The notes under the pieces: generated by a model | Databases searched by the model: none | What the model was told of the DNA's origin: nothing | The model's input: only the letters and a program-made list of their open reading frames with translations | Source: an uncultured Thermococci archaeon | GTDB lineage: Archaea; CAYQAE01; CAYVLA01 | Assembly: GCA_964549615.1 (NCBI GenBank) | Contig: CAZJVP010000068.1 | Span: forward strand, 1 to 11,857 | Reading direction: 5' to 3' | DNA length: 11,857 nt | Position numbers and translations under genes: made by a program | Shown here: piece after piece, positions 1 through 7,381 of the stretch | Layout of the letters: every line of letters starts with the position of its first letter | Position numbering within the stretch: position 1 is the first letter of the stretch

Positions 1-560
1 TGTCCCACCGCCCCCGGGTTGTAAATCAGCCGCACGTCTTCGTACGAGACCCTCCTGCCCTCGGAAGGGACCATCTCCTCGGCCCGCCCGCGGTCGATGA
101 AAACGAGCGGCACGTGGGTGTGCCCAACGAAGACCACCTGTTCCTTGCACAGATCAAAGCTGGCGCGGGCCTGCGATACATCGGTCAGGTACTCGGTCGT
201 CGGCTCCCGGGGGCTGCCGTGCACGATGTAGAAGGGTTCGATCCGCCGGGATGTGGGGAGGCTCCTCAGGTAGTCCAGGGAGTCCTTGGTTAACTCCTCC
301 TCCATGGCCCACCGCACGGCATTGGCGGCGTATGGGTTGAACCACCCAAGCGAAAGGAGGCCGATGCACGCCGCGTCGTGGTTTCCTAGAACGCAAGGAA
401 TCCCCAGATCCTTCATCCTGTCGATGCACTCGTTGGGATGTGCTCCATAGCCCACAACGTCCCCGAGGCAGATGACCTGGTCCATGTCGCCCAGTCTGTC
501 CAGCACTGCCTCAAGGGCATGGATGTTGGAGTGGATGTCCGATATGATTCCGATCTTCAC
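1..560 (-). CDS. Calcineurin-like metallophosphoesterase (YfcE/MJ0912-like), 3' end outside window
   Basis: Not in ORF track. Manual translation from GTG at 560-558: MKIGIISDIHSNIHALEAVLDRLGDMDQVICLGDVVGYGAHPNEC...VLGNHDAA...IVHGSPREP...FVGHTHVP...IYNPGAVG. All metallophosphoesterase motifs present (DxH, GDxxxxG, GNH[D/E], H, GHxH). GAGGA about 8 nt upstream of the GTG. Confidence 0.93.
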   Translation of the reverse strand, partial: MKIGIISDIHSNIHALEAVLDRLGDMDQVICLGDVVGYGAHPNECIDRMKDLGIPCVLGNHDAACIGLLSLGWFNPYAANAVRWAMEEELTKDSLDYLRSLPTSRRIEPFYIVHGSPREPTTEYLTDVSQARASFDLCKEQVVFVGHTHVPLVFIDRGRAEEMVPSEGRRVSYEDVRLIYNPGAVG

Positions 561-715
561 TGGGGCATTCCTCTCGGCCTTGCAAAGGCCGGGAAGCAAA
601 ACAGAAAAGTGTGCCCATTACATGCGCGCCTGCTCCGGTTTCCGACAACCACGCCCATCTGTATCTGCCAAGGTCCTGCCCGGTCGAAAGTTCCCTCGGA
701 AGGTAGAGGCCTCGG

Positions 716-728
716 GAAGAGATTAATC
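716..728 (+). promoter_or_regulatory. Putative BRE/TATA promoter of the decayed ABC operon
   Basis: GGAAGAG followed by ATTAAT (722-727), about 24 nt before the GTG at 751; matches archaeal leaderless promoter spacing. Confidence 0.4.
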
Positions 729-750
729 CGCTCTGGACGCTGGCGCGGAC

Positions 751-1464
751 GTGCCGCCGGCGGTGCGGACGGAAAAGCTCACGAGACGGTTCGGGAAGCT
801 CGTCGCCGTCGATGGGACCTCGATGACGGTTGAGGCGGGCGAGATCTACGCCCTCCTAGAGCCAAACGGGGCCGGCAAGACAGCGCTCGTCCGAATGCTG
901 TGCGGCCTGCTTGCCCCAACTAGCGGCACGGCCTTCGTCCTCGGGACGCCCATCCCGGCACCATCGATCAAGGCCCGAACCGGCTACATGCCCCAGGAAA
1001 CAGCCCTGCCTTGATCTGACGGTGCACGAAAACCTACAGCTGTTCGTGCGATCTACGACCTTCCTTACCGCGACTTCCAAGCCAGCGAGGAGGAGCTGCT
1101 TGACTTCATCCAGCTCAAGGATCGAAGGGACGATCTTGTCAGCAATCTCAGCGACGAGATGAGGCACAGGCTGTCGTTGGCATGTGCGATGATCCATCGC
1201 CCCGAACTCCTGATCCTCGATGAGCCAACCGTCGGAATCGATTCAAAGCTCAGGCCCTCCTTCTGGAACTTCTTCTCCTCACTTCGCCAGAGGGGCGTCA
1301 CGATGCTCATGACGACCCACTATATGGACGAGGCGAGCCACTGTACCCGGATCGGCCTGATGCGACAGGGAACGCTCATCTGCGAGGGAACCCCGGATGC
1401 GGTGATGGCACAGGCAGGCGTGGACTCCATCGAGGAGGCGTTCCTCAAGTTGGCCACCGAATAA
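751..1464 (+). pseudogene. ABC-2 (multidrug/DrrA-like) exporter ATP-binding subunit, pseudogene
   Basis: 751-1014 (GYMPQETAL) and 1051-1464 (IYDL...LILDEPTVGID...MTTHYMDEA...IEEAFLKL) share a frame, but the expected middle segment LDLTVHENLQLF is in a different frame, giving TGA at 1012-1014 (two compensating indels). Walker A is EPNGAGKTA instead of GPNGAGKTT and the signature is LSDEMR instead of LSGGM[R/K]. Confidence 0.85.
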
Positions 1465-1475
1465 GGCGCGAACCC

Positions 1476-1661
1476 ATGAACGCCCGCCACCTCGCCGCAA
1501 TCTCGAGGCGGATCTTGCAGGTCATAGGCGGTGGAGGCCCTACGTTCCGTGATGCTCAAGGGTAGGGGCTTGGAAGGGTTGCCTTTCATCTCATCACTCT
1601 ACCGGCGTTTGCCTGCTTCTTCCTGGCGGCCGCCGTCCTGCACCTGAGCCGCCGGGAGCGA
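1476..1661 (+). pseudogene. ABC-2 permease remnant (N-terminus joined to C-terminus, large internal deletion)
   Basis: ATG 1476 gives MNARHLAAISRRILQ (ABC-2 permease-like N-terminus); a shifted frame from 1522 gives S*AVEALRSVMLKGRGLE (like the conserved [T/S]YAVEALRxVMLxG motif, TAG at the Tyr position); the original frame then gives VAFHLITLPAFACFFLAAAVLHLSRRE (last TM helix with basic tail). Confidence 0.7.
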
Positions 1662-1691
1662 TCAGACCCCTCAGTAGCCAGACGGGTGACA

Positions 1692-1699
1692 TTTATATA
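1692..1699 (+). promoter_or_regulatory. TATA box of the PadR-ABC operon
   Basis: TTTATATA at 1692-1699 in otherwise GC-rich DNA, 28 nt before ATG 1728. Confidence 0.75.
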
Positions 1700-1729
1700 T
1701 CGGTTCCGAACTATTCGTTTTCGTACTAT
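1700..1729 (+). promoter_or_regulatory. Candidate tandem PadR operator
   Basis: TCGGTTCCGAACTAT (1700-1714) and TCGTTTTCGTACTAT (1715-1729), 12/15 identical; first unit contains the inverted repeat TCGG-TT-CCGA; lies between the TATA box and the start codon. Confidence 0.55.
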
Positions 1730-2222
1730 GCCAAGAGCGATGATGCCTCCACCCCCGCCGCCGGTCCCCAAGAGCGGGCTCCTGAGGCTTTTCGTGCTAA
1801 GGACGCTCTCGTCCGAGCCCAAGTCGGGCTATGATATCCTCAAGGAGATCGCAGAGAAGACCCGGGGCGAGTGGTGTCCGAGCAAGGGCACGATATACCC
1901 GATCCTCTCCGACCTGACGAAGGAAGGGTTAATCGAGCCGCTCGAGATCGGCGCCCGCGCGCGGAAGGCCTTCAAGATAACCAGCAAGGGCGCGGCCCAC
2001 CTCGCCCAGACCGTCGCGGAACACCGGGCCTCCCACCGCGGAAGGATCGATGGAAGGAGGCTCCTCTTCGTGGAAACCTTCTTCGACGAGGCTGAGAAGG
2101 AGATACTCAAGCTCTCGATGGCGATCCGGGAGGGAGCCATGTCCACGCCCAAGAAGAAGAAGGCGATCAAGATTCTGAGACAGGCCCTCGAGTCCATACG
2201 GGAACTGGGTGAGCCTGAATGA
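1728..2222 (+). CDS. PadR-family transcriptional regulator
   Basis: GLLRLFVLRTLSSEPKSGYDILKEI...WCPSKGTIYPILSDLTKEGLI...RKAFKITSKG is the PadR wHTH pattern. Start moved from GTG 1686 (which spans the TATA box) to ATG 1728; ATG 1740/1743 also possible. ATGA overlap with the next gene. Confidence 0.92.
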   Translation: MPRAMMPPPPPPVPKSGLLRLFVLRTLSSEPKSGYDILKEIAEKTRGEWCPSKGTIYPILSDLTKEGLIEPLEIGARARKAFKITSKGAAHLAQTVAEHRASHRGRIDGRRLLFVETFFDEAEKEILKLSMAIREGAMSTPKKKKAIKILRQALESIRELGEPE

Positions 2223-3121
2223 GCGACCCCGTCTTGCGGTCAATCGAACTCACGAAGTACTTTCCTCCCATGCGCAAGGGCATAGTAGGGATCCGGGACC
2301 TCATCGACACGTTCAAGAAGAAGAGGGGAAAGATCAAGGCGCTGCACAACGTCACCTTCGACGTCAACAAGGGCGAGGTCTTCGGGCTCCTCGGGCCCAA
2401 CGGCGCGGGGAAGACCACGTTCTGCAAGATCATCGCGGACCTTGTGATCCCCACGAGCGGCCGCGCCGAGGTCTTGGGTTACGACGTCATCAAGCAGCAC
2501 AAGGAGATCGTCGGGAAGATGATCTGCGTCTTCGGCGGCGAGATAGCGATGTGGGGCATCTTCGCCTGGAGGATGAGCGTTTACCGCAACTTGAAGTTCA
2601 TCTGCGATCTCTGGAAGGTGCCTCGATCCGAGGTTGAAGAGAGGATAGACTTCGCGCTGGACGTGCTCGGCCTCCAGCAGAAGAGAGACGAATGGTACCA
2701 GAAGCTTTCGGGAGGAACCCAGCAGAAGCTCTATCTGGCGCTTCCGCTTCTCGTGCAAGCCCCCATGATCCTTCTGGATGAACCGACGGTCCGGGTGGAC
2801 GTGATAACCAGGAGGGAGATCCACCAGATCATCAGGGAGAAGCTGTGCAAGGAGATGGGTTGCACCGTGCTGCTGACGACCCACAACATGCTGGAGGCCG
2901 AGAGGGTCTGCGACAGGGTTGCGATCCTCAGACAGGGGGAGATAGCCGAGATCGGCACGCCCAAGGAGATCGCTGCGAAGGTCGGCGAGTCCAACTTCGA
3001 GGACGCCTTCATCAAGATCGTTGGCAGGGTCCCCGAGGCCGGCGAGGGATTTGGGTTTGGCCCCGGAGGCCCTCCGGGGCGCGGATTCGGCGGAGGTCAC
3101 GGAGGAGGGAGGTTCCGCTAG
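2219..3121 (+). CDS. ABC-2 type exporter ATP-binding protein (DrrA-like)
   Basis: Walker A GPNGAGKTT, signature LSGGTQQK, Walker B ILLDEPT, H-loop TTHNM, C-terminal NFEDAFIKI, plus a Gly-rich tail. Confidence 0.95.
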   Translation: MSDPVLRSIELTKYFPPMRKGIVGIRDLIDTFKKKRGKIKALHNVTFDVNKGEVFGLLGPNGAGKTTFCKIIADLVIPTSGRAEVLGYDVIKQHKEIVGKMICVFGGEIAMWGIFAWRMSVYRNLKFICDLWKVPRSEVEERIDFALDVLGLQQKRDEWYQKLSGGTQQKLYLALPLLVQAPMILLDEPTVRVDVITRREIHQIIREKLCKEMGCTVLLTTHNMLEAERVCDRVAILRQGEIAEIGTPKEIAAKVGESNFEDAFIKIVGRVPEAGEGFGFGPGGPPGRGFGGGHGGGRFR

Positions 3122-3994
3122 ATGGATTCTCAAGGCACGCTGGTTTCCAAGCTGGCTGGGCTCCGTTCGGAGCTCAACGTCTTCTACGCCTTCTTCTACC
3201 GGAGCCTGGTCCAACAGCTCTCCTTCAGGTCCTGGTTCGTCATGAGGATATTGGGGATGATAGTCGGGGTCACCACCTATAGCATATTCGCCAAGGTCAT
3301 CCCGAGCACAGACATCAATGCCCAGATAGCCTCCAGGTACGGATTCACCGGTCCCAACCCGTTTCTGGATTTTTTCCTCATCGGGATGCTCGTGCAGAAC
3401 ATGATCGCGCTCGGAAGCGCAGGGATCAGCTGGCTGGTCAACAGCCCGTTCTACCCGTACTACCACTCCTCGCCCACGAGATTGGTGACCGTGCTCTTCG
3501 GCAACAACTCGTTCCGCTATCTCTGGGTTGTGATCGAGACGATGGCCTACATCGGCGTCGGCCTGGCTTTCGGGATGACCTTCTACCTAAACATAGGGTT
3601 CATACTGGTCCTCGTGACGGGGATCTTCCTCATATTCTCCCTCGATCTCCTCTCAGCCGGTTGGAACATAATCACCAAGACCGGAGAAGACCCGCTTAAC
3701 TGGTTCCTGGACCTTTTCAGCCGACTGGTTTCGGGCACCTGGATACCCGTCTGGACGCTCCCAGGTTGGCTGCAGGCTATAGCAGCGATACACCCCCAGA
3801 AGTACGTCAACGACATGGCCCGATCGACCATGGGAGGCAACCTGCCCCTCAGGGAAATCTTGCCCGAGCTCGCACCCCTGATGATCATAACGGCGATCAT
3901 CTGCTTCGTGGGGTACAAGGCATTCCAGTACGGGTTCTGGAAGGCCCGGGACGAAGGGACCCTGGGCCATGCGATGTCAGGCTGGCGCAGGTAG
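3122..3994 (+). CDS. ABC-2 type exporter permease
   Basis: 290 aa with about 6 hydrophobic segments, SGTWIPVWTLPGWLQAIAAIHP ABC-2 motif, starts directly after the ATPase stop. Confidence 0.9.
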   Translation: MDSQGTLVSKLAGLRSELNVFYAFFYRSLVQQLSFRSWFVMRILGMIVGVTTYSIFAKVIPSTDINAQIASRYGFTGPNPFLDFFLIGMLVQNMIALGSAGISWLVNSPFYPYYHSSPTRLVTVLFGNNSFRYLWVVIETMAYIGVGLAFGMTFYLNIGFILVLVTGIFLIFSLDLLSAGWNIITKTGEDPLNWFLDLFSRLVSGTWIPVWTLPGWLQAIAAIHPQKYVNDMARSTMGGNLPLREILPELAPLMIITAIICFVGYKAFQYGFWKARDEGTLGHAMSGWRR

Positions 3995-4253
3995 TCGCCC
4001 TCGGGACTGGAACTTCAAGTGGGCCCAACCCTTCAAGGGCCCAGGTCCATCGTAGGGAGAACTCTCGAGAGCAAGACCCAGCCGGCGCAAGCACCCGTCG
4101 CATCACCAGCGCCCTGAGATGGCCGAACGTCCGCGGGCCACCAGCCCGTTGCAGGGCCGAGGGGTAACACGCGCGGATGGCCTTGGATGGCCCCTCGACG
4201 AAATCCATGGTTGCCGCCTTATATGAGGGCGCCGCAAGAGCGTATGCCGTTCC

Positions 4254-4364
4254 TCATTCCTCTTCCTCCAGGACGCCGTACTTGCTGGTTACGTACCGGT
4301 AGATCAGGAACGCATATGCCGGCGGAAATGCGAGTATTACAAGGAGGCTCCAGTCCACGTTCAC
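4254..4364 (-). CDS. Small single-pass membrane protein (36 aa)
   Basis: GTG at 4364-4362 overlaps the NfeD stop (GTGA), GGAGG upstream; MNVDWSLLVILAFPPAYAFLIYRYVTSKYGVLEEEE has one hydrophobic helix and an acidic tail. It is the 3' end of track ORF 4254..4592. Confidence 0.6.
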   Translation of the reverse strand: MNVDWSLLVILAFPPAYAFLIYRYVTSKYGVLEEEE

Positions 4365-4810
4365 CGCGCTCCCCTCCAGGGCCTCACCTTCAGCGTCAAC
4401 CCCTGCACGGATACCACTTCGACGGGCTGGTTTTGCCCCAGGGTGCCGCTCTCGAGCCGAGCCTTCCAGATCTCGTTCTCCACCTTGACGATGCCCTGGG
4501 GATCGAGCGCAGACAGCGTTACGCCCACCTTTCCGATCATCCCTTCCCTCCCGGTCATCGGCCAGAGCCTTGAGACGGCTATGCACGGCCACATGACGAA
4601 GATGTCCTTGACCGTGAGAGCAAAGTAAACCAGCGACACGAACCAGAGCGGCTGCCTGATCCCAAGGACGGCGTGCAAAAGCCCCATCACGACCCCGGCA
4701 ATTATCTGGTCGCTCGCCAGGCTGATGGATCTCACTGCCCAGTATCGCCTCGAGTACATCTTCCAGCGGATCGGCCCACCCGACGCCACCCAGTAAAGGT
4801 CGCGGGACAC
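4361..4810 (-). CDS. Short NfeD-family membrane protein (C-terminal OB-fold type)
   Basis: N-terminal TM segments followed by TGREGMIGKVGVTLSALDPQGIVKVENEIWKAR...VEVVSVQGLTLKVRP, the NfeD C-terminal pattern. Confidence 0.85.
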   Translation of the reverse strand: MSRDLYWVASGGPIRWKMYSRRYWAVRSISLASDQIIAGVVMGLLHAVLGIRQPLWFVSLVYFALTVKDIFVMWPCIAVSRLWPMTGREGMIGKVGVTLSALDPQGIVKVENEIWKARLESGTLGQNQPVEVVSVQGLTLKVRPWRGAR

Positions 4811-4812
4811 CG

Positions 4813-5121
4813 CTACTCCCCGCCCAGCATCATCTTCAGACCCTGGTCGAAACAGATCTTGCAGTATACCACGATGAGGCCGAAGCGCTGACCCCCGATG
4901 CTAATCTTGTGTGCGCTGACCAGCGAATCCCGGACAACCGTTGCGAGCGACACCGCGCCCTTGGACATGAAGAGCTTCATCTTGCCCGTGATGTGCCCGC
5001 ATATCACGATTATGGTCTTTAGGTCCGAGTCGATGAAGAGATTGGCCGGCTCCACCCCGTAGTCGGCAAGCTTTGATCGCACCGCCCTCTCCAGCTCGAA
5101 CCTGTCGAACTCGGAACCCAA
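4813..5121 (-). CDS. Hypothetical protein (102 aa)
   Basis: TTG start with GAGGGG upstream, globular composition, stop 2 nt before the NfeD start, TATA-like element upstream; contains ICGH and YCKIC. Confidence 0.7.
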   Translation of the reverse strand: MGSEFDRFELERAVRSKLADYGVEPANLFIDSDLKTIIVICGHITGKMKLFMSKGAVSLATVVRDSLVSAHKISIGGQRFGLIVVYCKICFDQGLKMMLGGE

Positions 5122-5152
5122 GGCCCCTCGCGCAGGCGTGCATCGCTGGACG

Positions 5153-5165
5153 GTTTAATGTTTCC
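5153..5165 (-). promoter_or_regulatory. Putative BRE/TATA promoter for the hypothetical-NfeD-peptide unit
   Basis: Minus strand reads GGAAACATTAAAC, about 32 nt before the TTG at 5121. Confidence 0.4.
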
Positions 5166-5177
5166 GGCGCGCTGGCT

Positions 5178-5858
5178 TTACCCATCCGATAGCTTGCCAC
5201 CGCAAAATCGCATCACGGTCGCGATGCACCTTTCCAGCGAGGACTCCAGGATGGTTTGGCCGATCCCCGGCACTCCGCAGGAAAGGATCAAGGCGTTGCG
5301 CGTGTCCTGCGTTATCTTCGTCTCCTCCGAGTCGCGGTGAGGGTACAGCGCGATCACCTTGCCTTCATCCGCGATCACGATTTCCTTCCCCTCCAGGACG
5401 AGCCGCCCCTCATGACCGATAGGAAGGATGGTTTCGCCCATCCTCGCCATCCTGAGCTGAAGCCTCCCGGTCAGCCGGTCGGCGTCGAACGCGGCGAAGG
5501 GGATCCGCGTCTCGACCGACGCGATGTTGAGCGCATCCACGAACGAGTTTATCGCGGGCAGGACGTTGCCCCTGAGAACCCTCCTGATCAGGGCCTCCGA
5601 TGCGGGCCGGGTCTTGGTGGGGTCTATTCCTGACCTCCAGAAGAAATCCCTGTATGCCCGAAGAATGGCATCCTGCCTCAAGTCCTCAAGCCGAACCGAG
5701 CCGCGTACCGCGTCCTCCGCCCTCCTCATGTAGCTGGCCAGTTCGGCCGTGGGCGTCGAGACCTTTATCCCCGACAGGAACTGCCCCAACGCCGAGAACT
5801 CCCCGAGCTTTCCAGCGAGGCTTGCTTCGGGCAAGAGCTGAATCCGGCCGCCCTTCAT
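5178..5858 (-). CDS. Stand-alone B3/B4 (PheRS beta editing-like) domain protein
   Basis: ILRAYRDFFWRSGIDPTKTRPASEALIRRVLRGNVLPAINSFVDALNIASVETRIPFAAFDAD...RDSEETKIT...GVPG is the B3/4 pattern. Start set at ATG 5858 (ATGA overlap with the kinase stop, GGGAGAGG upstream) rather than 6326. Confidence 0.92.
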   Translation of the reverse strand: MKGGRIQLLPEASLAGKLGEFSALGQFLSGIKVSTPTAELASYMRRAEDAVRGSVRLEDLRQDAILRAYRDFFWRSGIDPTKTRPASEALIRRVLRGNVLPAINSFVDALNIASVETRIPFAAFDADRLTGRLQLRMARMGETILPIGHEGRLVLEGKEIVIADEGKVIALYPHRDSEETKITQDTRNALILSCGVPGIGQTILESSLERCIATVMRFCGGKLSDG

Positions 5859-7381
5859 CCTCTCCCACGCTCCCCACAGCCCATCGATCCTCGGTCCTCC
5901 CACCTCGGCGCCGTGGCCGTGGCTTGGTAGAGCTTGTTGTACAGACGGAACATATCGTCGTACACCCGGCGGGTGGCCGGGTCCGGGGGCCAGGTCGCCT
6001 CCACTGGGTTCAGGGCCTCGGCCGTCGCGGTCTCTAGGCCCAAGCCCCTTGAAGCCAGCATGAAGGCTCCCAACGATGCGGCATCCGTGACCTTCGGCCT
6101 GGAATAGGTCCTCTGGGTCACGTCGGCCTTTATCCGGTTCCACACGGAGCTTCTCGCAGCTCCGCCGAGCGCGAGGATCGTGCTCGGATCCATGCCCTCC
6201 CGGGATAGAACCTCGATGCAGGCTCTTATCTCGTACGCAATCCCCTCCAGTATGGCCCGGGCAAGGTCGCCGTACGAGTGGCCCAGGGTCAGGCCGAAGA
6301 TCACCCCCCTGGCGAGGGGATTCCACCTCGTCGCCTGTGCCCCAGTGAGGAAGGGCAGAAAGACCAGTCCCCTTGCCCCAGGCGGGGAGGCCGAGGCAGC
6401 CTTATCGATGTAGCCGTAGGGATCGGCCCGGAAGACCTTTTCCGGAACCGGAGGGTGGAAACTGTCCCTGAACCAGCGCAGCGCAAAGCCCGTGCTGCCC
6501 ATTCCCTGTTCCACCAAGAACTCCCCGGGAATCGAGTGGCACGAGTAGAGCAGGCCTTCATGGAGCCTGCGGGGAAGCCTGTCGCAGGAGACCGAGACGT
6601 TCGTCGCGCTGCCCGTGGACTCCATGGCCCTCTTGGAAGATACCCCGCTTCCCATTGCCTCGCACTGCCTATCACCCGCGCCGGCCACCACCAGCTGCCT
6701 TCCCGAAAGCCCAAGCTGCCTTGCCACACCCTTCTTCACATCGCCGACCACAAAGCTCGATTCCCTCGGGCTACACATCCTGTCTCCGTCCGCCCCTACG
6801 TACTCAAGCATCTCGGGCCACCACCTCCTCTTCCTCACGTCAAGCATCATCGTCCTGGACGAGACCGTCCAGTCCGTAGACCACTCGCCGGTCAGGCGAA
6901 AGACCAAGAAGTCCTTGGGCAACATGAACTTGTGAACCCGCGCCATCACCTCCGGCCTGTTGCGTTTCAGCCAAAGCAGCTTCGGCGCGGTGAAGTAAGG
7001 ATCGGCCCTCATCCCCGTCTTCTGATGGATCTCCTCGCCGAACTCTTGTGCCAGCTCCCTGGCCTCGGCTTCGCACCTTCGGTCCGCCCAGAGCATGCAC
7101 GGGGTCAAGACCTCTCCTTCCCGACCCATGGCGACGACGCTTTCCCTGTGGGAGCAGACGCATACGGCCTCGCACTCATCGGCGCCCTTAAGCCTGCGTG
7201 CGATGCTCCCGACGCACGACACCACGCACTCCCACCAGGACTCAGGGTCCTGCTCGGCCCAGTCCGGCCTCGGATGGAAGGTCTCGATCTCTCGGGCGGC
7301 TCTGCCAACCTCGGCTCCCTCGCGGGTGAAGGCCTGGACCTTGCAGACGCTCGTGCCAAGGTCGATGGTGAGTATGCTCAA
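5855..7381 (-). CDS. FGGY-family carbohydrate kinase (xylulokinase-like, substrate unknown)
   Basis: IDLGTS, WAEQDP, WADRR, APKLLW, GAGDRQ, STGS, FLPFLTG, RAILEGIA and LGGAARS motifs. Likely start is TTG 7381-7379 ([11 protein letters not shown]), overlapping the upstream stop (TTGA). Confidence 0.93.
   Translation of the reverse strand: MSILTIDLGTSVCKVQAFTREGAEVGRAAREIETFHPRPDWAEQDPESWWECVVSCVGSIARRLKGADECEAVCVCSHRESVVAMGREGEVLTPCMLWADRRCEAEARELAQEFGEEIHQKTGMRADPYFTAPKLLWLKRNRPEVMARVHKFMLPKDFLVFRLTGEWSTDWTVSSRTMMLDVRKRRWWPEMLEYVGADGDRMCSPRESSFVVGDVKKGVARQLGLSGRQLVVAGAGDRQCEAMGSGVSSKRAMESTGSATNVSVSCDRLPRRLHEGLLYSCHSIPGEFLVEQGMGSTGFALRWFRDSFHPPVPEKVFRADPYGYIDKAASASPPGARGLVFLPFLTGAQATRWNPLARGVIFGLTLGHSYGDLARAILEGIAYEIRACIEVLSREGMDPSTILALGGAARSSVWNRIKADVTQRTYSRPKVTDAASLGAFMLASRGLGLETATAEALNPVEATWPPDPATRRVYDDMFRLYNKLYQATATAPRWEDRGSMGCGERGRG

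Noticed and set aside
1012-1014. In-frame TGA in the ABC ATPase as selenocysteine or readthrough
   Set aside because: Codons following the TGA in that frame do not match the family, whereas the shifted frame does (LTVHENL); catalytic motifs are also damaged.
1525-1527. TAG in the permease remnant as pyrrolysine
   Set aside because: It sits at a conserved Tyr position in a deleted, frameshifted fragment; a nonsense mutation is simpler.
1686-1727. N-terminal extension of PadR from GTG 1686
   Set aside because: Spans the TATA box and operator-like repeat; unlikely to be coding.
2240-3466. 408-aa minus-strand ORF
   Set aside because: Antisense shadow of the ABC ATPase/permease in GC-rich DNA; no recognisable motifs.
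4014-4041. GAA-containing hairpin as an archaeal SECIS
   Set aside because: Does not show the GAA/A internal loop with a short apical stem, and no candidate selenoprotein is nearby.
3897-4208. 103-aa minus-strand ORF in the convergent gap
   Set aside because: Low-information Arg/Gly/Pro composition, overlaps the permease 3' end, no RBS, and the TATA-like box is only about 10 nt from the ATG.
5859-6326. N-terminal extension of the B3/B4 ORF
   Set aside because: Overlaps the FGGY kinase in another frame; ATG 5858 has an RBS and stop/start overlap.
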